Positions 30,564-40,586 of a stretch of 64,000 bases of DNA are shown one piece after another (positions within the stretch are counted from its first letter, which is position 1; each line of letters begins with the position of its first letter). The notes below the pieces were generated by a model. It saw only the letters and a program-made list of their open reading frames with translations. It was not told where the DNA came from and searched no databases. Location: the NCBI GenBank assembly GCA_963714015.1, contig OY970223.1:608001-672000 (forward strand). Direction: 5' to 3'. Made by a program: the position numbers and the translations under genes. This DNA comes from Vulcanimicrobiota bacterium (GTDB lineage: Bacteria > Vulcanimicrobiota > Vulcanimicrobiia > Vulcanimicrobiales > Vulcanimicrobiaceae).

Positions 30564-31600
30564 GCCGGGAACTGAACGGTGCCCTGGCCCTGGCCGACGC
30601 ATTATTGGAAGTCCCCGCGGAGGGAATCATTCACCTGGACAGCGGCCGCAAAATAGCGCGTTTCAACCGTTCGGCGCAGCGCATTCTGGGCTACGCGCCT
30701 GTCGGCATCATCGGCAGCGACTTTTCGGATTTGCTGCACCCTTCGAATCGCAGCGACGTGTTTCGCCTCTCCTCGTCGGCGGATCCGCTGGTGACCGGGC
30801 TCACGCTGCGCGACTCTCGCGGCGACGCCGTTCCGGTCCGCGCGCGCTGCATGGCCGTCGTGCGCGATGATGCCGACGAGGGCTGGGCCATCGCCTTTCA
30901 AAGCAAGAAGCGCGCCGAAGAGATCGAGCAGCTCAAGAGCGAAATCGTAAGCACCGTTTCGCACGAGCTGAAGACGCCGCTGACGACGATTAAGGCCTAT
31001 GCCGCGACGCTAAGACAAAATCCGGCGCTGCACGAAACGCATCGTGAGGAGTTTTTGAGCGTCGTCGAGCAGCAAGCGGACCGGCTCTCGCGCATGGTGG
31101 ACGACATGCTGCTCGTCGCCCGCGTCGAAACGGCGCAGCTTTTGCGCAAGCGCGAGATGCTCGAGCTGGATAAACTCCTGGATCACGTGATCTCCGAAGT
31201 GCGTCCGGACCCGGTGCTGCACCCCGTAAACCGCAGCTTTGCCGGAATTCAAGTCTCGGGCGATCCGGATCGCTTGAGCGACGTGCTCCGCAACCTGTTG
31301 GAAAACGCCGTAAAGTATTCGCCCGGCGGCGGAGCAATCGACGTCGCAGCAGCGCAGGATGAATCCCGCACCACCATTACGATCGCCGATTGCGGGATCG
31401 GCATCTCCGAGGAGCATCTCCCGTTCATCTTCGACCGGTTCTACCGTGCCGAGGAAGAGGGCGCGCAGGGCGTCGGCGGCAGCGGTTTGGGACTGTACAT
31501 CACGCAAGCGCTGGTGCGCGCGCACGGCGGCACGATCGCGGTGCGCAGTCGCAAGGGAGAAGGCACCACATTTACGCTCTCCCTTCCGGTGCGCCGTTGA
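30530..31600 (+). CDS. Cytoplasmic PAS-domain sensor histidine kinase
   Basis: VSHELKTPL (H box), NLLENAVKYS, DCGIGI, FDRFYR, GSGLGL; PAS-like N-terminus; no TM segment. Confidence 0.92.
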   Translation: MDIGRTIPADVGRELNGALALADALLEVPAEGIIHLDSGRKIARFNRSAQRILGYAPVGIIGSDFSDLLHPSNRSDVFRLSSSADPLVTGLTLRDSRGDAVPVRARCMAVVRDDADEGWAIAFQSKKRAEEIEQLKSEIVSTVSHELKTPLTTIKAYAATLRQNPALHETHREEFLSVVEQQADRLSRMVDDMLLVARVETAQLLRKREMLELDKLLDHVISEVRPDPVLHPVNRSFAGIQVSGDPDRLSDVLRNLLENAVKYSPGGGAIDVAAAQDESRTTITIADCGIGISEEHLPFIFDRFYRAEEEGAQGVGGSGLGLYITQALVRAHGGTIAVRSRKGEGTTFTLSLPVRR

Positions 31601-32547
31601 GGCGGCTTGACGAAACGGCCGGCCGCCGCATTCTGGTCGTCGACGACGATCGCAATCTACGCAAGATCATCCAAACGAACCTCGAGCTCGCCGGCTACGA
31701 CGTCACGACCGCAGCGAACGGCGGCGAAGCGCTGCGCATTCTGGATGCGATACAACCGGATCTGGTGCTTTTGGACGTCATGATGCCGATGATGGACGGT
31801 TACGAGCTCGCCCGGCGGATTCGCCGTCATCCCTCGAACACGCACGTGCCGATCATCATGCTGACCGCCAAAGGCGAGGTCGAAGACAAACTCGCCGGCT
31901 TCGACGCGGGCGTCGACGACTACATGACCAAGCCGTTCGGGCCGCAGGAGTTGCTCGCGCGCGTAAAGGCTAAAATCCGCCGGGTCGAGGTGGACTCCTC
32001 GCTCTCGCCGCTGACGCGTCTTCCCGGAAACCTCGCAATCGAAGCGGAACTGCGCCGGCGGCTCGAGACGAAGGAGCTGTTCGCGGTGCTGTACCTGGAT
32101 CTCGACAATTTCAAAGCGTTCAACGACGTGTATGGCTTCACGCACGGAGACGAAGCAATACAGCTGGTGGCTTCAACGGCAGTCGACGTCGTTCGACGGC
32201 GCGGTACGCAGCAGGATTTCGTCGGACACATCGGCGGCGACGACTTTTTGATCGTGACGCTCCCCGATCGCGCGGAAGAGATTGCTCGTGAGATCATCGA
32301 CACGTTCGACCGCGACATTCGCAAACTCTATACTGCGCACGATCTGCGCCAGGGCTATATCGAGACACGCGACCGGCGAGGGACGCTCAACCGCTTTCCG
32401 ATCATGTCGCTCTCCATCGCGATCGTCTCAAACGATCAGCGCGAACTGCGTAATTACGCGCAAATCGGCGAGGCGGCCGCGGAACTCAAGCGCTACGCCA
32501 AGTCCATTGGGGGTTCGGTCTACGTGAAGGACAAACGCAGAAAATGA
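31597..32547 (+). CDS. Response regulator fused to a GGDEF (GGDDF) diguanylate cyclase domain
   Basis: ILVVDDD, LLDVMMP, LTAK, KPF receiver; PLTRLPGN, DLDNFKAFNDVYG..GD, GHIGGDDF. Confidence 0.92.
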   Translation: MRRLDETAGRRILVVDDDRNLRKIIQTNLELAGYDVTTAANGGEALRILDAIQPDLVLLDVMMPMMDGYELARRIRRHPSNTHVPIIMLTAKGEVEDKLAGFDAGVDDYMTKPFGPQELLARVKAKIRRVEVDSSLSPLTRLPGNLAIEAELRRRLETKELFAVLYLDLDNFKAFNDVYGFTHGDEAIQLVASTAVDVVRRRGTQQDFVGHIGGDDFLIVTLPDRAEEIAREIIDTFDRDIRKLYTAHDLRQGYIETRDRRGTLNRFPIMSLSIAIVSNDQRELRNYAQIGEAAAELKRYAKSIGGSVYVKDKRRK

Positions 32548-33734
32548 TCTTGAATCTTCGCGCGGCTGCGGCCCTTGCTATGGCTTGCGCCGTTCTCACT
32601 ACGGCCGCGCTTCCATCGACGATCTCACAAAAAATCGCGGCGCAACGCAAAAAGGCCGCCCAGATTCAAGCGCAGCTTCACCAGAAGCGCGCGCAACTCC
32701 ATGCCGCAACGGTACATTTGAACGATCTCCAGTCGCAACTGGACGAGACGAATTCGTCCATCGATCGCGTGCGCGGCGTCATCGACGATTTGGACGTTCA
32801 GCAGCGCAGCACGCAACGCAAGCTCTGGTGGAACACCGTCCAGCTCCAAGCCGCGCAGAAGACGCTCAAACTGCACGACGGCCTGCTCAAACAGCGGCTC
32901 GTCGACATTTACGAGCACGGAGATCTGGGGTACGCAAGCGTTCTGCTGGCTTCGAAGTCCTTCAGCGACTTCGTCGAGCGCTGGCAAGACTTGCGTCTGG
33001 TGATTGCCGCAAACCAACGCGCAGTGCGCGAGCGTAAGGCTGCGGAAGGCAAAGTTGCTTCCGCGCAGGCCGATCTCGAGTCCACGCAATTAGCGCTCGA
33101 AAATCAAACGCAAGAGCAGCAGCGAGCTCAGAGCCAACTCGACGCGCTGGCGCAAGAACGCAGCAATCTCGTTGCCGTTGCGGATCAGCAGCGCCGCCAC
33201 GTAGCGACGCAGGTCGCGCAGATGGAAGAACTCTCGGCGGCCGAGGAAGCGCGCCTGGAAGAATACATCCGCGAACGTCAAGCCGAGATCGAAGCGCAAG
33301 CGGAAGCTGCGCGTCGCGCTGCAGGTATCGCCGGTCCCATAACCTCGCCGGGGGAACTCGCGTGGCCCGTGAGCGGGACGATCACCTCGCCCTTCGGAAT
33401 GCGCCAAAATCCGTTTGGCGGCGGCGTGGAGTTTCATCCGGGACTCGATATCGCCGCGCCGATGGGCACGACCGTGACGGCCGCAGCGGGCGGAACCGTG
33501 ATCTCTGCCGGATGGTACGGAGGCTACGGCAACTACATTTTGATCGATCACGGCGGCGGCATGTCCACGGGATACGGACACCTCTCCCAAATATTCGTTT
33601 CAAACGGCCAGACCGTTCAAAAAGGGCAGGCGATCGGAGCCGTGGGATCGACCGGAATGTCGACGGGGCCCCATCTCCATTTCGAAGTGCGCCTCGGCGG
33701 CAAACCCACCGATCCCGCGCCATATCTTCACTAA
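32544..33734 (+). CDS. Coiled-coil plus M23 peptidase (EnvC/CwlO-like FtsEX partner)
   Basis: Signal peptide, long coiled coil, HPGLD (HxxxD), STGPHLHFEV (HxH). Confidence 0.92.
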   Translation: MILNLRAAAALAMACAVLTTAALPSTISQKIAAQRKKAAQIQAQLHQKRAQLHAATVHLNDLQSQLDETNSSIDRVRGVIDDLDVQQRSTQRKLWWNTVQLQAAQKTLKLHDGLLKQRLVDIYEHGDLGYASVLLASKSFSDFVERWQDLRLVIAANQRAVRERKAAEGKVASAQADLESTQLALENQTQEQQRAQSQLDALAQERSNLVAVADQQRRHVATQVAQMEELSAAEEARLEEYIRERQAEIEAQAEAARRAAGIAGPITSPGELAWPVSGTITSPFGMRQNPFGGGVEFHPGLDIAAPMGTTVTAAAGGTVISAGWYGGYGNYILIDHGGGMSTGYGHLSQIFVSNGQTVQKGQAIGAVGSTGMSTGPHLHFEVRLGGKPTDPAPYLH

Positions 33735-33825
33735 CGGAAGCGCATAACCAAAACACGAGGGAGCTTGCGAGCAGCATAGAACCTGCTTGCTCCGGCATTT
33801 GTTTGTTTTACGTAAAGGAGCATCC

Positions 33826-34476
33826 ATGAAAGCCCTTAGCCTTCGCATTCCGTTTGGTCTTGCGGCGGCCGCACTTCTTGCGGCCTGTTCGGCCCACGGG
33901 AACGGCGTTGTGCCCCCGGCCTTTATCCAAAGCCTCAACTCGATGCCCGTTCAAGCAGCAGCGGTGCCGCCGGCTTGCAAGGGGCAGACGACGACGAAGA
34001 CCCACGCGAGTGTTAAAGAAAAGCTGCTCAGCTCCGGCGGCCACGCGTGCATTCCGGCGTTCGGCGGCCTGGGCGGAAATATTGCCTACCCCGGCGCCAC
34101 GCCGTCGATCACCTTGACACTGATCAGCAGCACGACCAACTATACCGGCAAGCTGCCGAACCTCGGATCGGGCAGCCCCCTCTTCTATCTGCAGGTCGCA
34201 ACCAGCGCCGCAACATCGTTTGCCTCGAACGTTCCGGCCGGCGGCGGGCTCACGGGCGCGTCGATCAAAACCGGCCGCAACTACACGATCTACGGACAGG
34301 CCAAGGTTGACGGGTTCACCCTCAATTTCACGCCGTGCTACACCCAAGCGACCAAAGGCAAGTACGGAGGCGTGATCGGCGGCATGGGAACGCTGCTCAA
34401 GGGCGAGAACGTGCCCGCCGCAGCAACGGGCGTTATCGAAGTCTACTCGGGGAAGAGCGCCTCAGGAACCTGCTAG
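33826..34476 (+). CDS. Hypothetical lipoprotein
   Basis: AAGGAG RBS, lipobox LAAC, Gly/Thr-rich mature part. Confidence 0.75.
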   Translation: MKALSLRIPFGLAAAALLAACSAHGNGVVPPAFIQSLNSMPVQAAAVPPACKGQTTTKTHASVKEKLLSSGGHACIPAFGGLGGNIAYPGATPSITLTLISSTTNYTGKLPNLGSGSPLFYLQVATSAATSFASNVPAGGGLTGASIKTGRNYTIYGQAKVDGFTLNFTPCYTQATKGKYGGVIGGMGTLLKGENVPAAATGVIEVYSGKSASGTC

Positions 34477-34584
34477 CGATTTACGGCCGGAGCACTACGG
34501 CGGCTGGTCCTCGAAACCAGGGAGGCGAAAAATGGGTACTAAGCGGGTACCCGTGTACGTCTTAGGAAGGACGCAGTCGCCCTA

Positions 34585-36027
34585 GTGTCTACCGCAATTC
34601 GTGCTGTAATTGCAGCGCTGCTCGTTGCTGCCGTCGCCTTCGGCGGCGCTTTGTATATCGGATACCGGAATGGCCTGGTGGCGGGGCAAGCCTCGTATGA
34701 CGGGAGCGCGGGGAAAGTCGCGTCCCTCGATCTCGCCGGAATTTTCGGACCGCAGATGGACGAACATCTCGTCGATCTGGCATTTCGCCAAGTCGAGCAG
34801 GTGTATTATCGTCCGGTCGATTCGGCGCAGCTCGTGCAAGGCGAACATAGCGGCCTGCTTGCGTATCTAAACGCGTACTTCAAAGCGAAGAAGATCGAAC
34901 GAGTTGCGGATCTGCCCGGCGCGCAAGCCGACGGCGACCGAACGGAAGACCTTCACGTCCTTGACAGCCAGCTCGCATACGCGCAGGATCACTACGCGCA
35001 GTACCTGGGCAAAGACGGCCGCACGCAGCTCACGACAGCGGCGCTCGACGGTATGCTCGACGCGCTGCGCGATCCGTATACGGTGTATCTCTCTCCGGAT
35101 CAGATTCGCGCCCTCAACGAAGAGCTCAACGGCGGAAACTTCGGCGGGATCGGGGTTTTCATCTATCAGCTCAGTGACGGCCACGTGCTGCTGCAGCCCA
35201 TCGAGGGACTTCCCGCGTCCCGCGCCGGCATGCGCGGTAACGAAATCGTGGTGTCCATCAACGGCACTTCGGTTACCGGCAAACCGCTCGACGACGTCGA
35301 ACGGATGATTCGCGGCCCCGAAGGCACCGACGTAACGATAGCCACGCACCCATACCAGAGCACCGTTTCGCGAGTCTTTCACATCACCCGTGAAATCATT
35401 CACGTGCCGACCGTTCACCAGAAAATGGAAAACGGATACAACTACATCCGTCTCTCGGATTTCGGCGAAACGTCCGCAGACGAAGTGCACAAGGCACTGC
35501 TCGAAGGTCAGAAGGCCGGCGCCAAGGGCACGATCCTGGATCTGCGTGACAACGGCGGTGGTTTACTGGATGCCGCCGTCAACATCTCGAGTTTCTTCAT
35601 TCCACACGGCGTCATCGTTACGGAGATAGACCGGGACGGCGATCGCAACCCTCAGTATGCGAACGGCAACGTCATGCACGGCGTGCGCCCCGTCGTGGTG
35701 CTCGTCAACGGGTACACCGCCAGCGCCTCGGAGATCACCTCGGGCGCTCTCCAAGATTACAAAATCGCCACCCTCATCGGCACCAAGACCTTCGGAAAGG
35801 GCGTCGTGCAGGGGATCTTCACCATGCCCAACGGCGGAGCGCTGAAAATCACGACCGAGCGGTACGTCACGCCGTTGGGCCGGGACATCCAGCACAAGGG
35901 CATCGAGCCCAATCTCGTCGTTCAGGAGTGCCCGCACCCGGACCACTGCCCGGCGGGCATCATCGACACGCCCCGTGACAAACAACTTGCCGCGGCTAAG
36001 GCATTTCTCAGCCGCCTGACGCGTTAG
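34585..36027 (+). CDS. S41 carboxyl-terminal processing peptidase (CtpA-like)
   Basis: DPYTVY, GGIG PDZ, DLRDNGGGLL, TASASEI, TFGKG. Confidence 0.93.
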   Translation: MSTAIRAVIAALLVAAVAFGGALYIGYRNGLVAGQASYDGSAGKVASLDLAGIFGPQMDEHLVDLAFRQVEQVYYRPVDSAQLVQGEHSGLLAYLNAYFKAKKIERVADLPGAQADGDRTEDLHVLDSQLAYAQDHYAQYLGKDGRTQLTTAALDGMLDALRDPYTVYLSPDQIRALNEELNGGNFGGIGVFIYQLSDGHVLLQPIEGLPASRAGMRGNEIVVSINGTSVTGKPLDDVERMIRGPEGTDVTIATHPYQSTVSRVFHITREIIHVPTVHQKMENGYNYIRLSDFGETSADEVHKALLEGQKAGAKGTILDLRDNGGGLLDAAVNISSFFIPHGVIVTEIDRDGDRNPQYANGNVMHGVRPVVVLVNGYTASASEITSGALQDYKIATLIGTKTFGKGVVQGIFTMPNGGALKITTERYVTPLGRDIQHKGIEPNLVVQECPHPDHCPAGIIDTPRDKQLAAAKAFLSRLTR

Positions 36028-36036
36028 TAGTAGAGT

Positions 36037-37423
36037 ATGAACCGCATAACAGCCTTGTCCTTGGCCGGTGCCGTCCTTATCGCGGCCGGCCAAATTCCAG
36101 CCGCGCGGTCCGCCGCAGCGCCTTCGAGCCTCTCCGCGCTGGATTCCAACGAAATTCAGTTCAGCTACGAGAAGTTGCGCAGTGATTTCTATCAGAAAAC
36201 GGAGCCGCAAGAGATCGTAGACGGCGCACGGACCGAACTTCAGCACGATCTGAAGACTGGCGGGCATCAACGCATCGCTTCCGCCGATTTTCGCTTCCGA
36301 CGATCCAACGCGCACCGGAAAGGCCGTCGACCATGAGGTTGACGTCGCGTCGCGCGATGCCAAGGGCAAGGTGTCAACGCATCTGCTTGCTTACGCGGCA
36401 ATCTCCGGAATGCTCGACTCCGTGCACGATCGCTATACCGTATTCTTGGATCCGAAGGAGTACGCCGCGCTCAATGAAGGTTTAGACGGAACCTCTTTCG
36501 CGGGAACGGGTATCGTCATTCAGGCCGACGACCAAACGAAGTACATCGACGTGAGCAACGTCGTGCCGGATGGGCCGGCGGACAAAGCGGGTATTCAACA
36601 AGACGACGTCATCACCGGGATCGACGGTGTCTCGACCAAGGGTATGACGATTCAGCAAGCGTCTTCGCATCTGCGCGGCAAGTCGGGCAGCACCGTGCAG
36701 CTCACGATCCAGCGTGACGGCAAACAGTTGCCGCAACCGATCGCGATCACGCGCGCCGAGATTCACGAGCTCTCCGTGTACGAGAAAATGCTCCCCGGCA
36801 AGATCGGCTACGTCGAACTCACGGTGTTCGGACGCGATACCGGTGCCGAACTCACTCAGGCGTTGGACCGTCTGCAGCAGGAAGGCGCGCGCGCAATCGT
36901 CATGGATCTGCGTGACAACGGCGGCGGTTATCTTCAGGCTGCATTAGACGTCAGCTCCAAGTTCATCTCCAGCGGTCCCATCGTCTCCGTCGAATCGCGC
37001 GCTTCCAACGTTACGACGTACGAAGCCGAAGATACCGCGATTCCGCCGGTTCCATTGGCCGTTCTGGTGAACGAGCATACGGCTTCCGCGTCGGAGATCA
37101 CGTCGGGTGCGATTCAAGACAGCGGCGTTGGGACCATCATCGGAACGAAGACGTTCGGCAAGGGCGTCGTCCAAGAGATTCTGCCGTTGCCCGACGGTTC
37201 GGCGATTAAGATCACCGATGCGCGCTATCTGACGCCGCACAACCGCGACATCAACCACTTGGGCATCATGCCCGACATCGCGGTCGCAGAGAACAAGGAT
37301 GCACGCTACGGGGATCCGGCGCACGACATACAGCTGGGGCGCGCTCTGCAATATCTCGACGATCGGATCGCGCACACGCAGGGCAGCGAATCACCGGCTG
37401 CCGCCGATCAACAGCAGCAGTAG
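36037..37423 (+). CDS. Second S41 peptidase with an apparent +1 frameshift near 36256
   Basis: Signal peptide and N-terminus in ORF 36037..36336 join ORF 36371..37423 carrying DRYTVF, PDZ, DLRDNGGG, TASASEI, TFGKG. Confidence 0.88.
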
Positions 37424-37561
37424 CAATTAGAAACTGATCAGTCGCCGTTGCCGGGTGCGGCCGGCTGATCGAGTTTGTCGCTCTGCTGTTTCTCCGACTG
37501 ATTCAGACGTTCGGCTTCTTCGCGCTCGCTCGAAGACTTTGCTCGGGCGCATCTTTCTCGT

Positions 37562-37599
37562 ACATGGACGGCTGTTACCCAGCAGCCGTCCATGTTTTT
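37562..37599 (+). terminator. Intrinsic terminator hairpin between convergent S41 and rne genes
   Basis: ACATGGACGGCTG (37562-37574) and CAGCCGTCCATGT (37583-37595) form a perfect 13-bp stem followed by a T run. Confidence 0.75.
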
Positions 37600-37606
37600 G
37601 GGAAGC

Positions 37607-40313
37607 CTACTTTTTCTTGCGAGCCGGCGTTTTGGCGGCCGTCGTCTTGCGGGTCGAGCGCGTCTTCTTTATCGCGGGTTCAGCCGCGCTTTCGGGGGCC
37701 TTCTTGCGACCGCCCTTGGGTTTGGCCTCGTTCGCGGCCGGGCCGGGCGCCGCCGGCGCGGCGGCTTTGCGCGGCCGTTTCGGCTTTGCCTTTCCGCGCC
37801 GGTTCGGCAGCTTCGGCCTTCGGGGTCGAACGCGTACGCTTGGGCTTCTCGGGAGCCGGCAAGGCTGCAGTGCGCGCAGTTTCGAGTTGGCCTCCGCGAA
37901 CCGGCTCGGTGTCGGCGGCGGATGGACGCCTGCGCCGCGCGGGTTTTGTCGGCTTGGCGCCCTCTTCGGGCGCGCGCAGGTGCGGAGGGGGCGGCTCGAC
38001 GGCCGGCGGCTGGGGCTTCCGGTTCCAAGGCGCGATAGCCCGTCCCGGTTCGCGCGGGGCGGTCTGACCGGTCGGTTCGGCGCTGCCGTCCGATCCGACC
38101 CGGAAGATGTGCCGGTCGGGCACGGCCGAAGGCGGCGGCGCTTGACCCGCCGGTTCGGCTCCTAGCCCGCCGTGTCCGCGACGGCGGCGGCGACGGCGGC
38201 GACGGCGGTGTCCGCCCTCGCCTTCGACATGGCCGGGCGCAGTCTCGTGCTCGACGGCTTCCTGATCCTCTTCGGCCGACTCACTCTGAACCTCGGCGCT
38301 ATGCAGCGGGATGCCGGCTTGCAGAACTTCTTCGGAACGTCCGCCCCGGCCACGTCCGCGGCGCCGCCGCCGGCGCCGGTGCCGTCCCTCGCGTTCGTGC
38401 TCCTCGCCCTGGCCGATAACGATGGCTTCCGGCGTCTGTTCGGCTTTTTGTTCCACGACGGCGGTGCGCTCGGCGCGCTCCTCCTCCTCGGTGACGGTCG
38501 TGATTCCGATCGGCGGACGAGCTTGCGCGAATTTTGCGGCCTCTTCTGCCAATGCGCGCAGCTCTTGCGTCTGCTCCGTGGCGGTGAGTTCGCCTTTGCG
38601 GCCTCCGCGGCGGCGGCGCTTGCGCTTCTCGCCCACCGCGACGGTGGCCAGTTCGGCCAGCGCGAAATCGTCCGCGACGTCGATGAGTTTGATGCGGGCG
38701 GTTTGGCCCGCCATATTAGCAGCGTTTTCGACTTCGATGATGCGGCCTTCGATCACCGCAGCGGCAGATGATACATTCGGAAGCCGTCCCGGAAGCAACT
38801 CCACTTCGTGCTCGTCGCCCACGCGGAGTTTGCCGTCCGGCTTCATGTCGCCGACATTGCGCAGACGAACTTTCTCCGGGTGAAGCAGCGGATCGACGCG
38901 GACGTGAATAGGCGTGCGGAGCTGTTCGATAAGACTCTTGGTTTCGTCCTCGTACCAGAACTCCAGCTGCGCCGCAACGGTTGGCGCGGACTCGACCAAG
39001 ATCGGTTTGTGGTCGACGTGATCGTGCGCGCGAATTCTGCGCAGCGTTTCGATTGCCACGGATTGCGAGGACATCACGGTTCCCAGACCTGCGCAAGTCG
39101 GGCACGATCCGCGCAGCTGCGAGGCAAGGTCTTTGCCGACGCGTTTGCGGGTGAACTCCAGAAGTCCCAAATTGCTGAATGACTGAATCGTCGCGCGCGT
39201 GCGATCTTTGCGAAGTCCCGATTCGAGCGTCTGAATTACCTTGTTACGGGAGCCTTCGGTGTTCATGTCGATGAAATCGCAGACGATGATGCCGCCGATG
39301 TCGCGCAGCCGCACTTGGCGCGCGATCTCCGCAGCCGCTTCAACGTTCGTCTTGACGATTGTGTCTTCGAGATTCTTGCCCCCGGTGAATTTGCCGGAGT
39401 TCACGTCGATGACGGTTAGCGCTTCCGTCGTTTCAATCACGATCGACCCGCCGGAGGGCAGGTTGATCTTCGGCTTCATGAGCTTCTGAAGCTCTTCGTC
39501 GATCTTGAAGTCTTTGAAGAGCGAGCGTCCGGAGTTGTAGTACTGGACGCGATCGAGATACTGCGGACCGAGCAGTTGTAAGAAGCTGCAGATCTTACGG
39601 TACTCGTCTTCGTTGTCGATTAGGACCCGATCGACGTCGGCGGTGATGAAATCGCGCGCCGCCTTGTAAACCAAATTCATGTCTTTGTGCAGCAGCGACG
39701 GCGCGGCAGCGCGCTTATAGGACTCCAGGATGCCGTGCCACATCCGAATGAGGACTCCGAGGTCGGCGATGAGTTCGGCCTCGCTGACGGCGCCCGCCGC
39801 CGTGCGCACAACAGTCGCCATCCCTTCGGGACGGATGCGCTTCATGATGGCCTTGAGCCGGTTGCGCTCCTCGGAGGACTCAATCTTGCGCGAGACGCCG
39901 CTGTACTTGCCGGTAGGCATCAGAATGAGGTAGCGGCCGGGCAGGGAGATATTGGTGCTGATGCGCGCGCCCTTGAGCCCGCGGGGCTCCTTTACGATCT
40001 GCACCAGGACCTCGTCCCCCCGGTTGACCTTCTCGCTGATGGTCCAACCGCTGCGGCCCTGGGTGATCTCGACGTCGCCGATGTTCAGCGGCGTCTTGTT
40101 GATGTCGTCGACGTAGAGAAAGGCGTTGCGGCCGAGGCCGATGTCCACGAAGCTGGCGCCCATGCCGGGCAGCACGTTCTGGACTTTGCCTTTGAAGATC
40201 GAGCCGATGACCTTCTCTTCGCGCTCGACGTAGAGTTCTGAGAGGACGCTGTCCTCGAGGATGGCGACCCGGTTCTCCCAGGGGTCGCTCGAGATCAGGA
40301 TCTCGCTGGACAA
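37607..40313 (-). CDS. rne: Ribonuclease E/G with a long disordered C-terminus; apparent +1 frameshift near 37797 (track stop 37680, likely true stop 37607)
   Basis: S1 domain GKVQNVLPGMGASFVDIG, TEALTVIDVNSG, GGIIVCDFIDM, CPTC Zn-link, Arg tracts. The shifted frame continues KAKPKRPRKAAAP...TPARKKK*. Confidence 0.92.
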
Positions 40314-40586
40314 ATTTTACCAAACCTTTTGTCGGTTGAAGCGCGGACCCGGCCGTTGAACTCCTCCGCGAGAAGACCCGGCATCCAATCGCATTCCCTG
40401 CGATTTCCTGCGGTCACCTCGAGCGGGTACGCTAGCGAGCCACTACGCTCTCGAAAAATTTCTTGAACCGTCCGCCCAGTCTTCATAACTCACGAAGGCC
40501 GGGACGGTCTTGGGCCTCCAGGTTCCCGCCCTCCCCCGGCCGGACCTGCCCTGCAAGCTTGCGGGCGGGTTGCCGACAATAATAAG

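Noticed and set aside
31597..32547. Possible Hypr-type GGDEF making 3',3'-cGAMP
   Set aside because: The specificity position keeps Asp (THGDEAI) rather than the Ser/Thr of Hypr enzymes.
37436..37593. Possible small minus-strand ORF (…EREEAERLNQSEKQQSDKLDQPAAPGNGD*)
   Set aside because: Short, start ambiguous, overlaps the terminator hairpin and may need a frameshift; not supportable.
38170..38625. CGG/GCC-type short repeats as a repeat array or CRISPR
   Set aside because: They are poly-Arg codons within the rne tail; there is no repeat-spacer structure.
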